Shown here one piece after another: positions 1-9,186 of a stretch of DNA of 64,000 nt. The stretch comes from ANME-2 cluster archaeon. GTDB lineage: Archaea; Halobacteriota; Methanosarcinia; Methanosarcinales; Methanocomedenaceae. The stretch covers positions 34,825 to 98,824 of the forward strand of contig JAHYIS010000003.1 of NCBI GenBank assembly GCA_019429385.1. The letters are read 5' to 3'. Both the position numbers and the translations under genes were made by a program. Within the stretch, counting starts at the first letter, position 1. Each line of letters starts with the position of its first letter. The notes beneath the pieces were generated by a model. The model did no database searches. It was not told the origin of the DNA and saw nothing but the letters and a program-made list of their open reading frames with translations.

Positions 1-260
1 TGAATTGAAGAAAGCGGCTGAAAAAGTCAAAGAAATAGTGTAGCTTCTCTTTTGTATTCCCACTTTTTTATCGATTTTTTTATATTCTTACTCTTCTATC
101 GTTTCTCATTTTTTTGTGCATCTGCTATTGCATCTCAGGTATCAATCTGCTCCCCCCATCCCTCTATTGTGGTGTCAACCTCACCCATGTATCACTCCAT
201 GGTTACTCCGGTATCAAAGATTTTATCACTTTAGACCTCTATCAAGGGAAGGAAGTACAA

Positions 261-1436
261 ATGACAGACATATATCAAAATATCGTTGACAGGGACCAGA
301 AGTACGTTTTCCAGAACTATACCCGCCAGCCAATAGCAATTTCTCGTGGTGCGGGGGCTGTAGTATGGGATACAGGAGGACGGGAATATATAGATTGCGT
401 GGCAGGCATAGCGGTCAATAATCTGGGACACTGTCATCCTGCTGTGGTTGAGGCTGTTAGCCGGCAGGCTGCAGAACTTATACATGTATCAAACCTGTAT
501 TATACCCGTCAGCAGGCCGACCTGGCAGAACAACTGGTGCCCCGGACAGGCATGGACCGGATATTCTTCTGCAATTCAGGGACCGAAGCCGTTGAGGGCG
601 CATTGAAACTGGCGCGCCGGGCTACAGGACGAACCGATTTTGTAGCTGCAGAGCACAGTTTCCATGGTCGTACCATGGGTGCGCTCAGTGTAACCCACAA
701 GTCACAGTACCGTGAACCATTCCAACCGCTATTGCAGCATGTAGAATTCGTCGTTTATAACAATGTAGAATCATTAAAGGGCAGCGTGAACCGTGATACT
801 GCAGCGGTCATAATCGAGCCCATCCAGGGCGAGGGAGGGGTACGGGTACCTTCTGATGAATATTTGCGTTCAGCCCGGGACCTTTGTGATGATTCCGGCG
901 CGTTATTGATATTTGATGAAGTCCAGACAGGGTTTGGCAGGACGGGAAAGTGGTTTGCAAAGGAGCATTCAGGGGTGGAGCCCGACATAATGACACTGGC
1001 CAAAGCACTGGCTGGCGGTCTCCCCATGGGTGCCATGCTTGCAAAGGAAAACACGGCTACAAAGATGCAAAAAGGTGACCATGCTGCTACATTTGGCGGC
1101 AGTCCGCTGGTATGTGCTGCTGCACTGGCATCATTGAAGGTATTGGAAGATGAGAAACTGGTCGAACGTTCGGCCCGGATGGGTGATTACCTGATGCAGG
1201 GATTGAAAACCCTTGAACTTGACCGGGTTACTGAAATCCGGGGAAAAGGGCTTATGGTTGGCGTTGAACTGGATATGAAATGTGGCTCCGTAGTTGATCA
1301 TGCAAGGAATAACGGGGTGCTGTTGAACTGCACATCAGAATCCGTGCTCAGGTTCGTACCTCCTCTTACTATCACAAAAGAGCAGATTGACCGCGTAATA
1401 GAAGTGGTTGCCAGGGGCATAAAGGAAGCACAATGA
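261..1436 (+). CDS. argD: acetylornithine aminotransferase (class-III PLP aminotransferase)
   Basis: ORF 114..1436. The family-typical N-terminus starts at ATG 261 (MTDIYQNIVDRDQKYVFQNY). Motifs: GHCHP, FCNSGTEAVE, LIFDEVQTGFGRTG, TLAKALAGG. Confidence 0.9.
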   Translation: MTDIYQNIVDRDQKYVFQNYTRQPIAISRGAGAVVWDTGGREYIDCVAGIAVNNLGHCHPAVVEAVSRQAAELIHVSNLYYTRQQADLAEQLVPRTGMDRIFFCNSGTEAVEGALKLARRATGRTDFVAAEHSFHGRTMGALSVTHKSQYREPFQPLLQHVEFVVYNNVESLKGSVNRDTAAVIIEPIQGEGGVRVPSDEYLRSARDLCDDSGALLIFDEVQTGFGRTGKWFAKEHSGVEPDIMTLAKALAGGLPMGAMLAKENTATKMQKGDHAATFGGSPLVCAAALASLKVLEDEKLVERSARMGDYLMQGLKTLELDRVTEIRGKGLMVGVELDMKCGSVVDHARNNGVLLNCTSESVLRFVPPLTITKEQIDRVIEVVARGIKEAQ

Positions 1437-2530
1437 CTGACTCGAAAGACCTGCTCAAGAGTTCCATCAAAGGTATAGCCGAGTATGTACCGGGCAAATC
1501 TACAGAAGATATTGTCGCAGGTTATGGATTAAGACCAGGGGATATAATCAAGCTTGGTTCAAATGAGAATCCACTCGGCCCGTCCGCCAGAGCAGTAGAG
1601 GCCGTTCGCACAATGGCGGACAGCATTAGTGTGTATCCTTCAGTTGATGCAGGAGAACTGCGCAGGGCACTTGCAGCCTACACAGGCTACCCGGATGATA
1701 TGGTGGTCATGGGAGCAGGTATGGATGGTGTGGTCGATACTCTTATGAGGTTGTTCGTCCAGCCCGGTAATAGTGCCATTATACCCACTCCAACCTTTTC
1801 CTATTTTGAGATTGCATTGAGGGCAGCGGGAGGTACACCTGTGTTTGTTAAGCGGCAGAATGATTATAGTGTGCCGGTCCAGGCAATAATCTCCTCTCTC
1901 GAGGATTCCACCCGTATGATATATTTATGCTCACCGAACAACCCGTCAGGTAATACCATATCTGAGGAGGGTGTAAGGGCCATAGTCGAGTCAACAAACG
2001 CCATTGTTTTTCTGGACGAGGCTTATGTTGAATTCGCCACAAAAAGCCTGGTATGTCTTGTATCAGAGTACGACAATCTCGTAGTGGGCCGGACCATGTC
2101 CAAGGCCATGGGCCTGGCAGGACTCAGGATAGGGTATGCTGTTGTACCCAACTGGATATTCAGGGAATACATGAAAGCAACAACTCCCTTTGCAATTAGC
2201 AGAATTGCCGTGGCAGCCGGACTGGCTGCACTTGATGATGTCGATTACCGGAGGAAGACCATTGATAATGTTCATGAGGGCAGGAAATTCCTTACCGAGC
2301 ACCTGTCCGGTCATTGCAGGGTATATCCGTCAGAAGGGAACTTTATTCTCATAGATGTATCACCGAAGAAAAGCAAGGATGTGGTGGAAGTGCTGGTGAA
2401 GATAGGCATCATTGTGCGCGACTGCACTTCGTTTCGTGATGCAGGTGATGGGCTCATAAGAATAACCGTGGGCACTCCAGACCAGAACAAACGGGTAGCA
2501 GGTGCTCTGCAGGATGCATTAACCTCATGA
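1433..2530 (+). CDS. hisC: histidinol-phosphate aminotransferase
   Basis: ATGA overlap with argD. Motifs: KLGSNENPLGPS, CSPNNPSGN, RTMSKAMGLAGLRIGY (PLP Lys). Confidence 0.9.
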   Translation: MTDSKDLLKSSIKGIAEYVPGKSTEDIVAGYGLRPGDIIKLGSNENPLGPSARAVEAVRTMADSISVYPSVDAGELRRALAAYTGYPDDMVVMGAGMDGVVDTLMRLFVQPGNSAIIPTPTFSYFEIALRAAGGTPVFVKRQNDYSVPVQAIISSLEDSTRMIYLCSPNNPSGNTISEEGVRAIVESTNAIVFLDEAYVEFATKSLVCLVSEYDNLVVGRTMSKAMGLAGLRIGYAVVPNWIFREYMKATTPFAISRIAVAAGLAALDDVDYRRKTIDNVHEGRKFLTEHLSGHCRVYPSEGNFILIDVSPKKSKDVVEVLVKIGIIVRDCTSFRDAGDGLIRITVGTPDQNKRVAGALQDALTS

Positions 2531-3075
2531 TAATTGCACTGACCGGTACACCGGGCACAGGGAAGACTTCTATTTGCGCTTTGCTGGAGCAGCATTACAG
2601 GATAATCGACCTCAATGCTTTGATAATAGGTGAGGGCCTGCACGCGGGTAAAGATGAACAGCGCGGTTCATTTGAGGCGGACATGGAAGCTCTCCAGGCC
2701 CGGGTGGATGAACTGGTAGCAGATAGGACCGCAACCGTGATTTTCGAAGGACACCTATCCCACCTGTTAACGGGCATTGATGGGCTTATTGTGCTTCGCA
2801 CCCGTCCGTGTGTGCTGGCACAGAGACTTGAGAACAGGGGGTACCCACCCCAAAAGGTTCAGGAAAATATGGAAGCAGAAGCTTTAGACGTGATACTGGT
2901 GGAAGCGGTGGAACGGTATGAAAGGGTTTATGAACTGGAGACTACCATGACCATACCCGAGGATGCTGTACGGGGGGTAATCTCAATGATACAGTGGCTT
3001 GAGTCAGGTGATCACGAGCAATTACGGGGATTTCTGCCAGGACGTTTTGACTGGAGCGAAGAGGTATTCGGATGA
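2527..3075 (+). CDS. putative adenylate kinase, Fap7/AK6-type P-loop NTPase
   Basis: N-terminal Walker A IALTGTPGTGKTS, about 180 aa, ATGA-coupled to hisC. Confidence 0.7.
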   Translation: MIIALTGTPGTGKTSICALLEQHYRIIDLNALIIGEGLHAGKDEQRGSFEADMEALQARVDELVADRTATVIFEGHLSHLLTGIDGLIVLRTRPCVLAQRLENRGYPPQKVQENMEAEALDVILVEAVERYERVYELETTMTIPEDAVRGVISMIQWLESGDHEQLRGFLPGRFDWSEEVFG

Positions 3076-3737
3076 CACTGAATAATTACAGGCCTTATGT
3101 GAGTTTTATTTTGGAACCCTGTGCTTCTGTCCTTGTACGCATAGGTCTTACTCCCAACCGGGTATCAGTATTATCTCTTGTCTTTGCAATACTGGCCGGT
3201 GTGTCGTATTATTATTCATATGACAACAGGATATACCTGGTTGCAGCACTGGTGTTTGTGATATTGAACTCGTTCACTGATGCTGTTGACGGTGTCATGG
3301 CACGATTGTTCAACATGCAATCTGATAGGGGTGATTTCCTTGACCATGTTATCGACCGGTATGCAGATACATTCATCATTTGCGGCATATTCTTTGCAGG
3401 ATATGTCCACTGGATGGCAGGGGTTGCTGCCATCACCGGCGTGCTGATAACCAGTTATATGGGCACTCAGGCCCAGGCAGTGGGAGGTACCCGGCATTAC
3501 GGTGGCATCATGGGTCGGGCAGACAGACTGGCCCTGATAATTATGGTGAGTGCTGCTAATATCTTCTACACTGGACAAATGTATTCTATGCAACTGCTTG
3601 GCTGGACAATAGTGGTGATTGCAGTGACGTCCCATTTTACGGCTGTGCAGAGATTTTTGCACACCTGGGGTGAAATAGAAGGTACCAAGGGCAACAGGGA
3701 CATTAAGGACAATAAGCGAATCAAGGACAATAAGTAG
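3072..3737 (+). CDS. CDP-alcohol phosphatidyltransferase family protein
   Basis: DAVDGVMARLFNMQSDRGDFLDHVIDRYAD matches D-G-x2-A-R-x8-G-x3-D-x3-D. Multi-TM. Lys/Asp-rich repetitive tail. Confidence 0.8.
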   Translation: MTLNNYRPYVSFILEPCASVLVRIGLTPNRVSVLSLVFAILAGVSYYYSYDNRIYLVAALVFVILNSFTDAVDGVMARLFNMQSDRGDFLDHVIDRYADTFIICGIFFAGYVHWMAGVAAITGVLITSYMGTQAQAVGGTRHYGGIMGRADRLALIIMVSAANIFYTGQMYSMQLLGWTIVVIAVTSHFTAVQRFLHTWGEIEGTKGNRDIKDNKRIKDNK

Positions 3738-3744
3738 TACTTTT

Positions 3745-4266
3745 TTACCAGGATTCCCAATGTACCAGTTTTGAGGCGTCCATGCGTACAGGTGCGTCCG
3801 GAGTATCTGCCGGGTAGCCCAGGGCCAGCATACAGACTGGCCTGATGTTGTGGGGGATCATGAGTATCTCTGCTACATCCGCATCATTGAACGCCCCCAC
3901 CCAGCAGGTGGCCAGGCCCCTATCATGGGCGGCCAACGTCATTACCATTGCACTTATGCTGGCATCCTGGATGGCATAGAGTTCTCCCCGGGCGCTGTAT
4001 ATGCGACTTGAACGGGGCGTGTTGGCACAGAACACTATTATCACAGGCGCCTGCACAATGAATTTCTGGTCAAGCGCAGCCTCTTTCAGTTTTTTCTTGA
4101 CAGCTGTGTTTGTTACCACAATAAAGTCCCTTGCCTGGAGATTGCCGGCAGAGGGTGCCATCTGGGCATCATGGATGAGTTTTTCAATGGTCTGGCGGTC
4201 CACCGGGTCTGGTGTAAATGTACGTACGCTTCGCCGTTGGTATATGGCATCCAGGCATTCTGTCAT
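3745..4266 (-). CDS. nitroreductase family protein
   Basis: ORF 3745..4299. Likely start is the internal ATG at 4266 (MTECLDAIYQRRSVRTF). SAGNLQ motif and nitroreductase-like length. Confidence 0.8.
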   Translation of the reverse strand: MTECLDAIYQRRSVRTFTPDPVDRQTIEKLIHDAQMAPSAGNLQARDFIVVTNTAVKKKLKEAALDQKFIVQAPVIIVFCANTPRSSRIYSARGELYAIQDASISAMVMTLAAHDRGLATCWVGAFNDADVAEILMIPHNIRPVCMLALGYPADTPDAPVRMDASKLVHWESW

Positions 4267-4438
4267 ATTCCATAAAGTGTTGATGAATGTATAAAACATT
4301 AGCTAACCATCATCCTGGAAAAAATATGGGAAAAAAAACATGGATTTACGTTCCGTAGGTTTTATCGTTCATGCCACGGTTTATATGTACTATTCTAACC
4401 AATGATTGAATACATTGAGATAATACATCGGTGAAAAA

Positions 4439-4990
4439 ATGCCAGGATCGGAAATAAAGATACAGAACGTGGTTGCTTCAACTAAATTAGCTGATAGTTT
4501 TGATTTAGTAAGCATTGAATCAGTCCTTGAAGGTGCAGAATATAATAAAGCTAAATTTCCAGGTATGGTCTACCGGGTTACCAATCCGAAAGCAGCCTTT
4601 CTGATTTTTACTTCAGGTAAGGTAGTATGCACCGGCGCAAAGAATGTGGAAGATGTGGCAATTGTCATTAACAATGTTGCCAGGAAGATTGAATCTCTTG
4701 GCATGAAAGTGTTGATGGATCCTGAGATAACCATACAGAACATCGTTGCTTCAGCTGACCTTGGTACGAACCTGAATCTCAATGCAATTGCGGTAGGCCT
4801 GGGTTTCGAGAACATTGAATATGAACCTGAGCAGTTCCCCGGACTAGTGTACCGTATTAAATCACCCAAGATAGTAGTTCTCATATTCAGTTCCGGTAAA
4901 CTGGTAGTAACCGGAGGAAAATCTCCGGCAGATTGTCAGCGTGGAGTCGAGATCGTACGTGAGCAACTCGAAAGTATGTCGTTGCTCTGA
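4439..4990 (+). CDS. tbp: TATA-box-binding protein
   Basis: Two direct repeats (IQNVVAS... / IQNIVAS...; FPGMVYR / FPGLVYR; [12 protein letters not shown] / [12 protein letters not shown]). Confidence 0.95.
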   Translation: MPGSEIKIQNVVASTKLADSFDLVSIESVLEGAEYNKAKFPGMVYRVTNPKAAFLIFTSGKVVCTGAKNVEDVAIVINNVARKIESLGMKVLMDPEITIQNIVASADLGTNLNLNAIAVGLGFENIEYEPEQFPGLVYRIKSPKIVVLIFSSGKLVVTGGKSPADCQRGVEIVREQLESMSLL

Positions 4991-4993
4991 ACA

Positions 4994-5305
4994 TTGTTCC
5001 ATGGGGTGAATACCATGTCTTACCGTGAAGCTGTGGCCAAGAGTTTTATCGTGGATGAGGAGGTCAGGGAGTTCATAATCCAGGAGGACCGCGACTTTCG
5101 TATCTGCACATCCTGCAGCGGTCCAGTGCTGGTTCCGACTGACCTTGTTCCTGCCAAACCTACTGACGTAGAGGTTAAAGTAGGTGAAAATTCACTGTTC
5201 GTTTCTATACTTCAGGCCCGGTTCACAAGACGAATCCATAGTTCCATGCTGGAACAATACCAGTATATGATGTCAGCGGACCTGAGCCGTTGTGAACTGG
5301 ATTAA
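4994..5305 (+). CDS. hypothetical protein (CxxC-containing)
   Basis: 103-aa ORF 4 nt after the tbp stop. No recognised domain. Its last codons and stop lie in copy 1 of the 14-bp tandem repeat. Confidence 0.5.
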   Translation: MFHGVNTMSYREAVAKSFIVDEEVREFIIQEDRDFRICTSCSGPVLVPTDLVPAKPTDVEVKVGENSLFVSILQARFTRRIHSSMLEQYQYMMSADLSRCELD

Positions 5306-5415
5306 GTGAACTGGATTAAGTGAACTGGATTAAGTGAACTGGATTAAGTGAACTGGATTAAGTGAACTGGATTAAGTGAACTGGATTAAGTGAACTGGAT
5401 TAAGTGAACTGGATA
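5293..5415. repeat. perfect 14-bp tandem repeat GTGAACTGGATTAA, 8 full copies plus an 11-nt partial copy
   Basis: Counted directly: units start at 5293, 5307, 5321, 5335, 5349, 5363, 5377, 5391, with a partial copy at 5405-5415. No mismatches seen. Confidence 0.95.
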
Positions 5416-5440
5416 CTATCGTTTTTTTTTGTATCAGGAA

Positions 5441-5484
5441 CTGATTTACCGTTATCTGGTTTACCATTGCTGGATCTACCATTA
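5441..5484. repeat. three degenerate ~15-bp repeats (CTGATTTACCGTTA / TCTGGTTTACCATTG / CTGGATCTACCATTA)
   Basis: Read directly. They share CTGGAT/TTACC with each other and CTGGAT with the upstream 14-mer. T-runs at 5422-5430 and 5495-5500 flank them (convergent gene ends). Confidence 0.6.
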
Positions 5485-5520
5485 CCGAATCAACTTTTTT
5501 CTGATCTGCAGTTTCCCTAT

Positions 5521-6207
5521 CTACTTTTGCCTGATTGCCTGGAACTGGGCTGTCTCATAAGGATATTCGGGCATTTCTGATAGTTCCTTTATACAGTATC
5601 TCCGCTGGTTGCGGTTACCGGTACGTTCAAGTTTATCCTCCCGGTATAATCGGGAGAGGTAGGTGGACACCGTGCTCAGGTTGATGGGGCCATATATCCG
5701 GTCATAGTCACTTTTTACTTCAAGTGATGTGAACCAGTGTCCCTTGTATTCAAAATTGAGGAAAAGTTCCAATCGTTCTTTAATGGTAAGGGACTCGTTC
5801 TTTAGCTGGCTGTATTCTTCAACAGCAATGCCAAAGTTACGAGTCCTTGGGGTTTTGGGTGGTGTGGTTTGAGATGTTTGAAAAGCAGGTTGATTGAATT
5901 GAGCTGTCTGTACTGGTTGGGGCGGCATGGCAGGAGTGTTAACCATTTGAGGTGCAGCAAAACCAGTCTGTTGTGAAGTTGTTTGTATAGAATTGTACAG
6001 GTTGGTGAACTTGTTCATGAGATTCAATAACGTTTCAGAAGTAAAATTGCCGATTATCTCAGTCCTGTCAATAGAACCGTTATCCATTTTTATTTCGACA
6101 CGTATTTCCATTTCATTGTCCTCAATAGTGGCAATATATACCGAAGGAAGGCAGCCGCAAATCCCCTCAGATTGCGGCAGGCATCCCTCGTTTCGGAAGT
6201 ATTCCAT
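5521..6207 (-). CDS. hypothetical protein with a C-terminal winged-helix-like domain and a Q/P/T-rich linker
   Basis: 228-aa ORF. N-terminal ~75-aa Cys-containing domain, a low-complexity QQTGFAAPQMVNTPAMPPQPVQTAQFNQPAFQTSQTTPPKTP linker, and a C-terminal ~90 aa resembling wHTH (STVSTYLSRLYREDKLER). Confidence 0.6.
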   Translation of the reverse strand: MEYFRNEGCLPQSEGICGCLPSVYIATIEDNEMEIRVEIKMDNGSIDRTEIIGNFTSETLLNLMNKFTNLYNSIQTTSQQTGFAAPQMVNTPAMPPQPVQTAQFNQPAFQTSQTTPPKTPRTRNFGIAVEEYSQLKNESLTIKERLELFLNFEYKGHWFTSLEVKSDYDRIYGPINLSTVSTYLSRLYREDKLERTGNRNQRRYCIKELSEMPEYPYETAQFQAIRQK

Positions 6208-6661
6208 CCCCTCCGATGATTGTCCACTTTTACGTTGTGAATGTGTAATTCACACGCAGTGTTGTAGTTAACATGTGAATATACATCACTACTTGTATTT
6301 ATAGTACACAGTGGAAATAGGGGTAAATAGCAGTCTTTACAATAAAAAAACCATTTAACACATTTTTAAAGTAAAAATACTGTAATTTAAGCTGTTTTTC
6401 ATATTCACACCATCACAATACCTATTCACGCAAAATATTTACTATTTTAATTCTATTTATTTTTCCATAGGAAACAAGGGGGTTGACCTATTACAGTTGA
6501 ATACGTCAAATAACTCTTTAAAACCTTAAAAGTGAGATTAACACAGTTATATTCTATTCACACCAGTACACATTGCAGTGAAACCAGTCAATGTGTGAGT
6601 GTGATAATATACCTCCCCCTTTACACAATCAATATCAATCAAAAGGAATATTATAACGAAG
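6208..6661. promoter_or_regulatory. 454-bp AT-rich intergenic region with repeated TATTCAC and ORB-like boxes (candidate origin or regulatory hub)
   Basis: TATTCAC at 6402, 6423, 6555 (+) and 6275-6281 (-); AATTCAC at 6247. ORB-like: CACAGTGGAAATAGGGGTAAA 6307-6327, TCCATAGGAAACAAGGGGGT 6464-6483, TTACAGTTGAATA 6491-6503, TTGCAGTGAAACC 6573-6585, and inverted CCTCCCCCTTTACACAAT 6612-6629. Near-pure A/T stretch at about 6330-6400. Confidence 0.5.
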
Positions 6662-7765
6662 ATGTCTGATGAGCATGTTATTTCGGGGACCATTCTTTAT
6701 GGTGATGAGCCCATGCTTATCGAAGGATACCTGTGCGTGAAAGATGGCATAATCACAGAAGTGGGGACTGATCCGTGTGTAGACGCCACACTGGATGGAT
6801 TGGTGACTCCGTGTTTTGTCAATGCGCATACTCATATCGGTGATTCTATAATCAAGGACCCGCCACTGTCTGACCTGGATAGCCTGGTGCGACCTCCCCG
6901 TGGCCTGAAACATCGTGTACTCGGTGAATCGCTGGATGTCGACCTGAAGCGTGCCATGGACCGGACATTACGTGATATGATGCGCACAGGCACCTGTGCA
7001 TTTTGCGATTTCAGGGAAGGCGGTAGAGAAGGTGCATCCATGCTGGCAGATATCCTTGCCACATCCGCATACTCATCCTCAGGGCTCCAAGGGATGATTA
7101 TGGGCCGGCCTTATCAACCAGACAGGCCGGACAAGGATGAATTAAATGACCTGGTCAAGGTCTGCGATGGAATCGGTATGAGCGGGGTCAATGATGTTCC
7201 ATTCGAAGTGTTACAGGTTGCATCCAGTGTGGCCCGCAGGGAAGGAAAGCCTTTTGCCATACACGGAGGTGAAAAGGATATGTCAGATATCTCAAGGTCA
7301 ATTGAACTGGAGCCTGATTTTATTGTGCACATGACCCATGCTTCTCAGGCACATGTTAAACAGCTGGCAGATGCTGATATACCTGTAGTGGTCTGTCCCA
7401 GGTCGAATCTCGTGACGCGTGTGGGTTCTCCTACCCGCCCTCCGATCGCCAGGATGCTTGACATGGGCGTCACGGTTGCAGCGGGCACAGACAATGTTAT
7501 GTTGAATTCGGTCAATATGTTCTCTGAAATGGAATTCCTTTCAAAGGTATATGGGCTGGAGGACAGACAGGTATTTAATATTTGTACACTAAATGGTGCT
7601 CGGGTACTTGGACTGGCCGAACAATTCGGTTCAATACAGGAAGGAAAAAAGGCAAAGATAATGGTACTGGATAAAAGGTCTTCCAACTTATCTAACTGCC
7701 ATAATATGCTTGCCAGTTTTGTCAGGCGAGGCAGACCTGATGATATCAAGACCATCATCACTTAA
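6662..7765 (+). CDS. amidohydrolase family protein (metal-dependent, chlorohydrolase/deaminase-like)
   Basis: VNAHTHIGDS (HxH metal site), an internal HG/HM His, and a GTDN motif near the C-terminus. Confidence 0.8.
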   Translation: MSDEHVISGTILYGDEPMLIEGYLCVKDGIITEVGTDPCVDATLDGLVTPCFVNAHTHIGDSIIKDPPLSDLDSLVRPPRGLKHRVLGESLDVDLKRAMDRTLRDMMRTGTCAFCDFREGGREGASMLADILATSAYSSSGLQGMIMGRPYQPDRPDKDELNDLVKVCDGIGMSGVNDVPFEVLQVASSVARREGKPFAIHGGEKDMSDISRSIELEPDFIVHMTHASQAHVKQLADADIPVVVCPRSNLVTRVGSPTRPPIARMLDMGVTVAAGTDNVMLNSVNMFSEMEFLSKVYGLEDRQVFNICTLNGARVLGLAEQFGSIQEGKKAKIMVLDKRSSNLSNCHNMLASFVRRGRPDDIKTIIT

Positions 7766-7780
7766 TCGGAGGGAGATTTC

Positions 7781-8233
7781 ATGAAAAGCGAGATATTTAA
7801 GAAAATAGTAATTGCAACGGACGGTTCAGCAAACTCAGAGAATGCCGTTAAGCACGCTATTGAATTAGCACGGATATCGGAAGCCAGCCTTTCTGCTGTG
7901 TATGTTGTGGACACGGGAGCTTTTGCTTCCATTCCTGTTGATATGGCAATGGGCAACATGTATGAGATTTTGAAAACGGAAGGTGACAATGCCGTCAAAC
8001 AGGTGGAAGACCTGGCCCAGGCTGCGGGTATTGAAACAGAACGCTTTACTATTGAAGGTCATCCTGCTGAGGAAATAATTAAATTCTCTGAGAATATTTC
8101 AGCTGACCTCATTGTTATGGGTACTCTTGGAAAAAGCGGTCTTGACAGGTTCTTGCTGGGAAGTGTCGCAGAAAAGGTATCAAGGAACTCACATACACCT
8201 GTTATGGTCGTACGAGGGGAAAACCCCAAATAG
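7781..8233 (+). CDS. universal stress protein (UspA family)
   Basis: KKIVIATDGSANSENAVKHAIELA ... IVMGTLGKSGLDRFLLGSVAEKVSRNSHTPVMVV. Confidence 0.85.
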   Translation: MKSEIFKKIVIATDGSANSENAVKHAIELARISEASLSAVYVVDTGAFASIPVDMAMGNMYEILKTEGDNAVKQVEDLAQAAGIETERFTIEGHPAEEIIKFSENISADLIVMGTLGKSGLDRFLLGSVAEKVSRNSHTPVMVVRGENPK

Positions 8234-8273
8234 TACAAACTCCATCAACAGCCCAAATAGGAGTTTTACAAAA

Positions 8274-9125
8274 ATGCCTGGTTTTACAACAGTTGAAGAC
8301 ATTATGGTACGGGATGTTGCATATGCTTCATTGCCTGGTTCCAGGGACGAGGTACTTGAAATCCTGAAAAATAAACATGTTTCCGGCGTACCTGTGGTAA
8401 AGAAGGATGAGCTTGTTGGTATCGTCACCAGGACTGACCTTTTAAAGTATCCTGAAGAAGAGCAGCTAGCTATCCTGATGCGGAGAGACCCTATTACCAT
8501 CAAACCCGGTGAGTCTATTGTGGATGCTGCCAGGACAATACTCGAACATAAGGTCCGGCGGCTACCCGTTGTTGAAAACAGCACCTTGGTAGGTCTGATC
8601 ACCATCGCTGATATTGTAGGTGCTATTGCAGGTTTGAGTATTTCAGAGCCTATTGGTGATATTATCAGCGACCAGACAATCGTTATCTGGGACAAGACCC
8701 CGGTTTCAGTTGTGGGAATGATCATGGAGATGGCAGAGGTAAAAGCTGCACCTGTAGTGAATGTGAACCGTGAAGTCCTGGGTGTAATAAATGATAAGGA
8801 CCTGATAAATATAAGCGTCATTGAAGATTCGCTTGGGCATTCGGATATGTCTGCGGGTTCGGATGACGATGCATGGACCTGGGAATCAATGCGTGATACA
8901 ATGAGCCTGTATTACAGTGTGTCAAGGATAAAACTTCCGGATTCTACAGTGAGCGAAGTAATAAACCTAAAAAGGGAACCTGTGACCGTTGTACCCAATA
9001 CTACCGTGAGTGATGCTGCAAGGAAAATGAAACGCAACAATATCGACCAGATGCCTGTCCTGTCCGGACGCAATAAACTTATTGGTATGTTGCACGACTT
9101 TGACCTGCTTAAGGCACTGGTATGA
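8274..9125 (+). CDS. CBS-domain protein (four CBS repeats)
   Basis: ORF 8112..9125. The upstream part overlaps usp, so the likely start is ATG 8274 (MPGFTTVEDIMVRDV). Repeated CBS signatures: SGVPVV, RRLPVV, AAPVVN, DQMPVL. Confidence 0.85.
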   Translation: MPGFTTVEDIMVRDVAYASLPGSRDEVLEILKNKHVSGVPVVKKDELVGIVTRTDLLKYPEEEQLAILMRRDPITIKPGESIVDAARTILEHKVRRLPVVENSTLVGLITIADIVGAIAGLSISEPIGDIISDQTIVIWDKTPVSVVGMIMEMAEVKAAPVVNVNREVLGVINDKDLINISVIEDSLGHSDMSAGSDDDAWTWESMRDTMSLYYSVSRIKLPDSTVSEVINLKREPVTVVPNTTVSDAARKMKRNNIDQMPVLSGRNKLIGMLHDFDLLKALV

Positions 9126-9186
9126 GGACACTGTTCGATACATTCATTAGTGATGATAATACATACAGATTTGGAGGTAATCAATC

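Noticed and set aside
114-260. Long N-terminal extensions offered by the ORF track (114, 8112, 23095, 28836, 30635, 45625, 49373, 51328 and 53737, among others)
   Set aside because: The extensions overlap upstream genes or have non-protein-like composition. Internal ATGs give family-typical N-termini and sensible gene spacing.
5293-5415. CRISPR array
   Set aside because: The units are contiguous with no spacers and are only 14 bp long. No cas genes are in the window. This is a simple tandem repeat.
8189-8821. 210-aa minus-strand ORF
   Set aside because: It is fully antisense to the well-supported CBS-domain gene. Its S/T/I-rich composition is typical of a shadow frame, and it has no recognisable domain.
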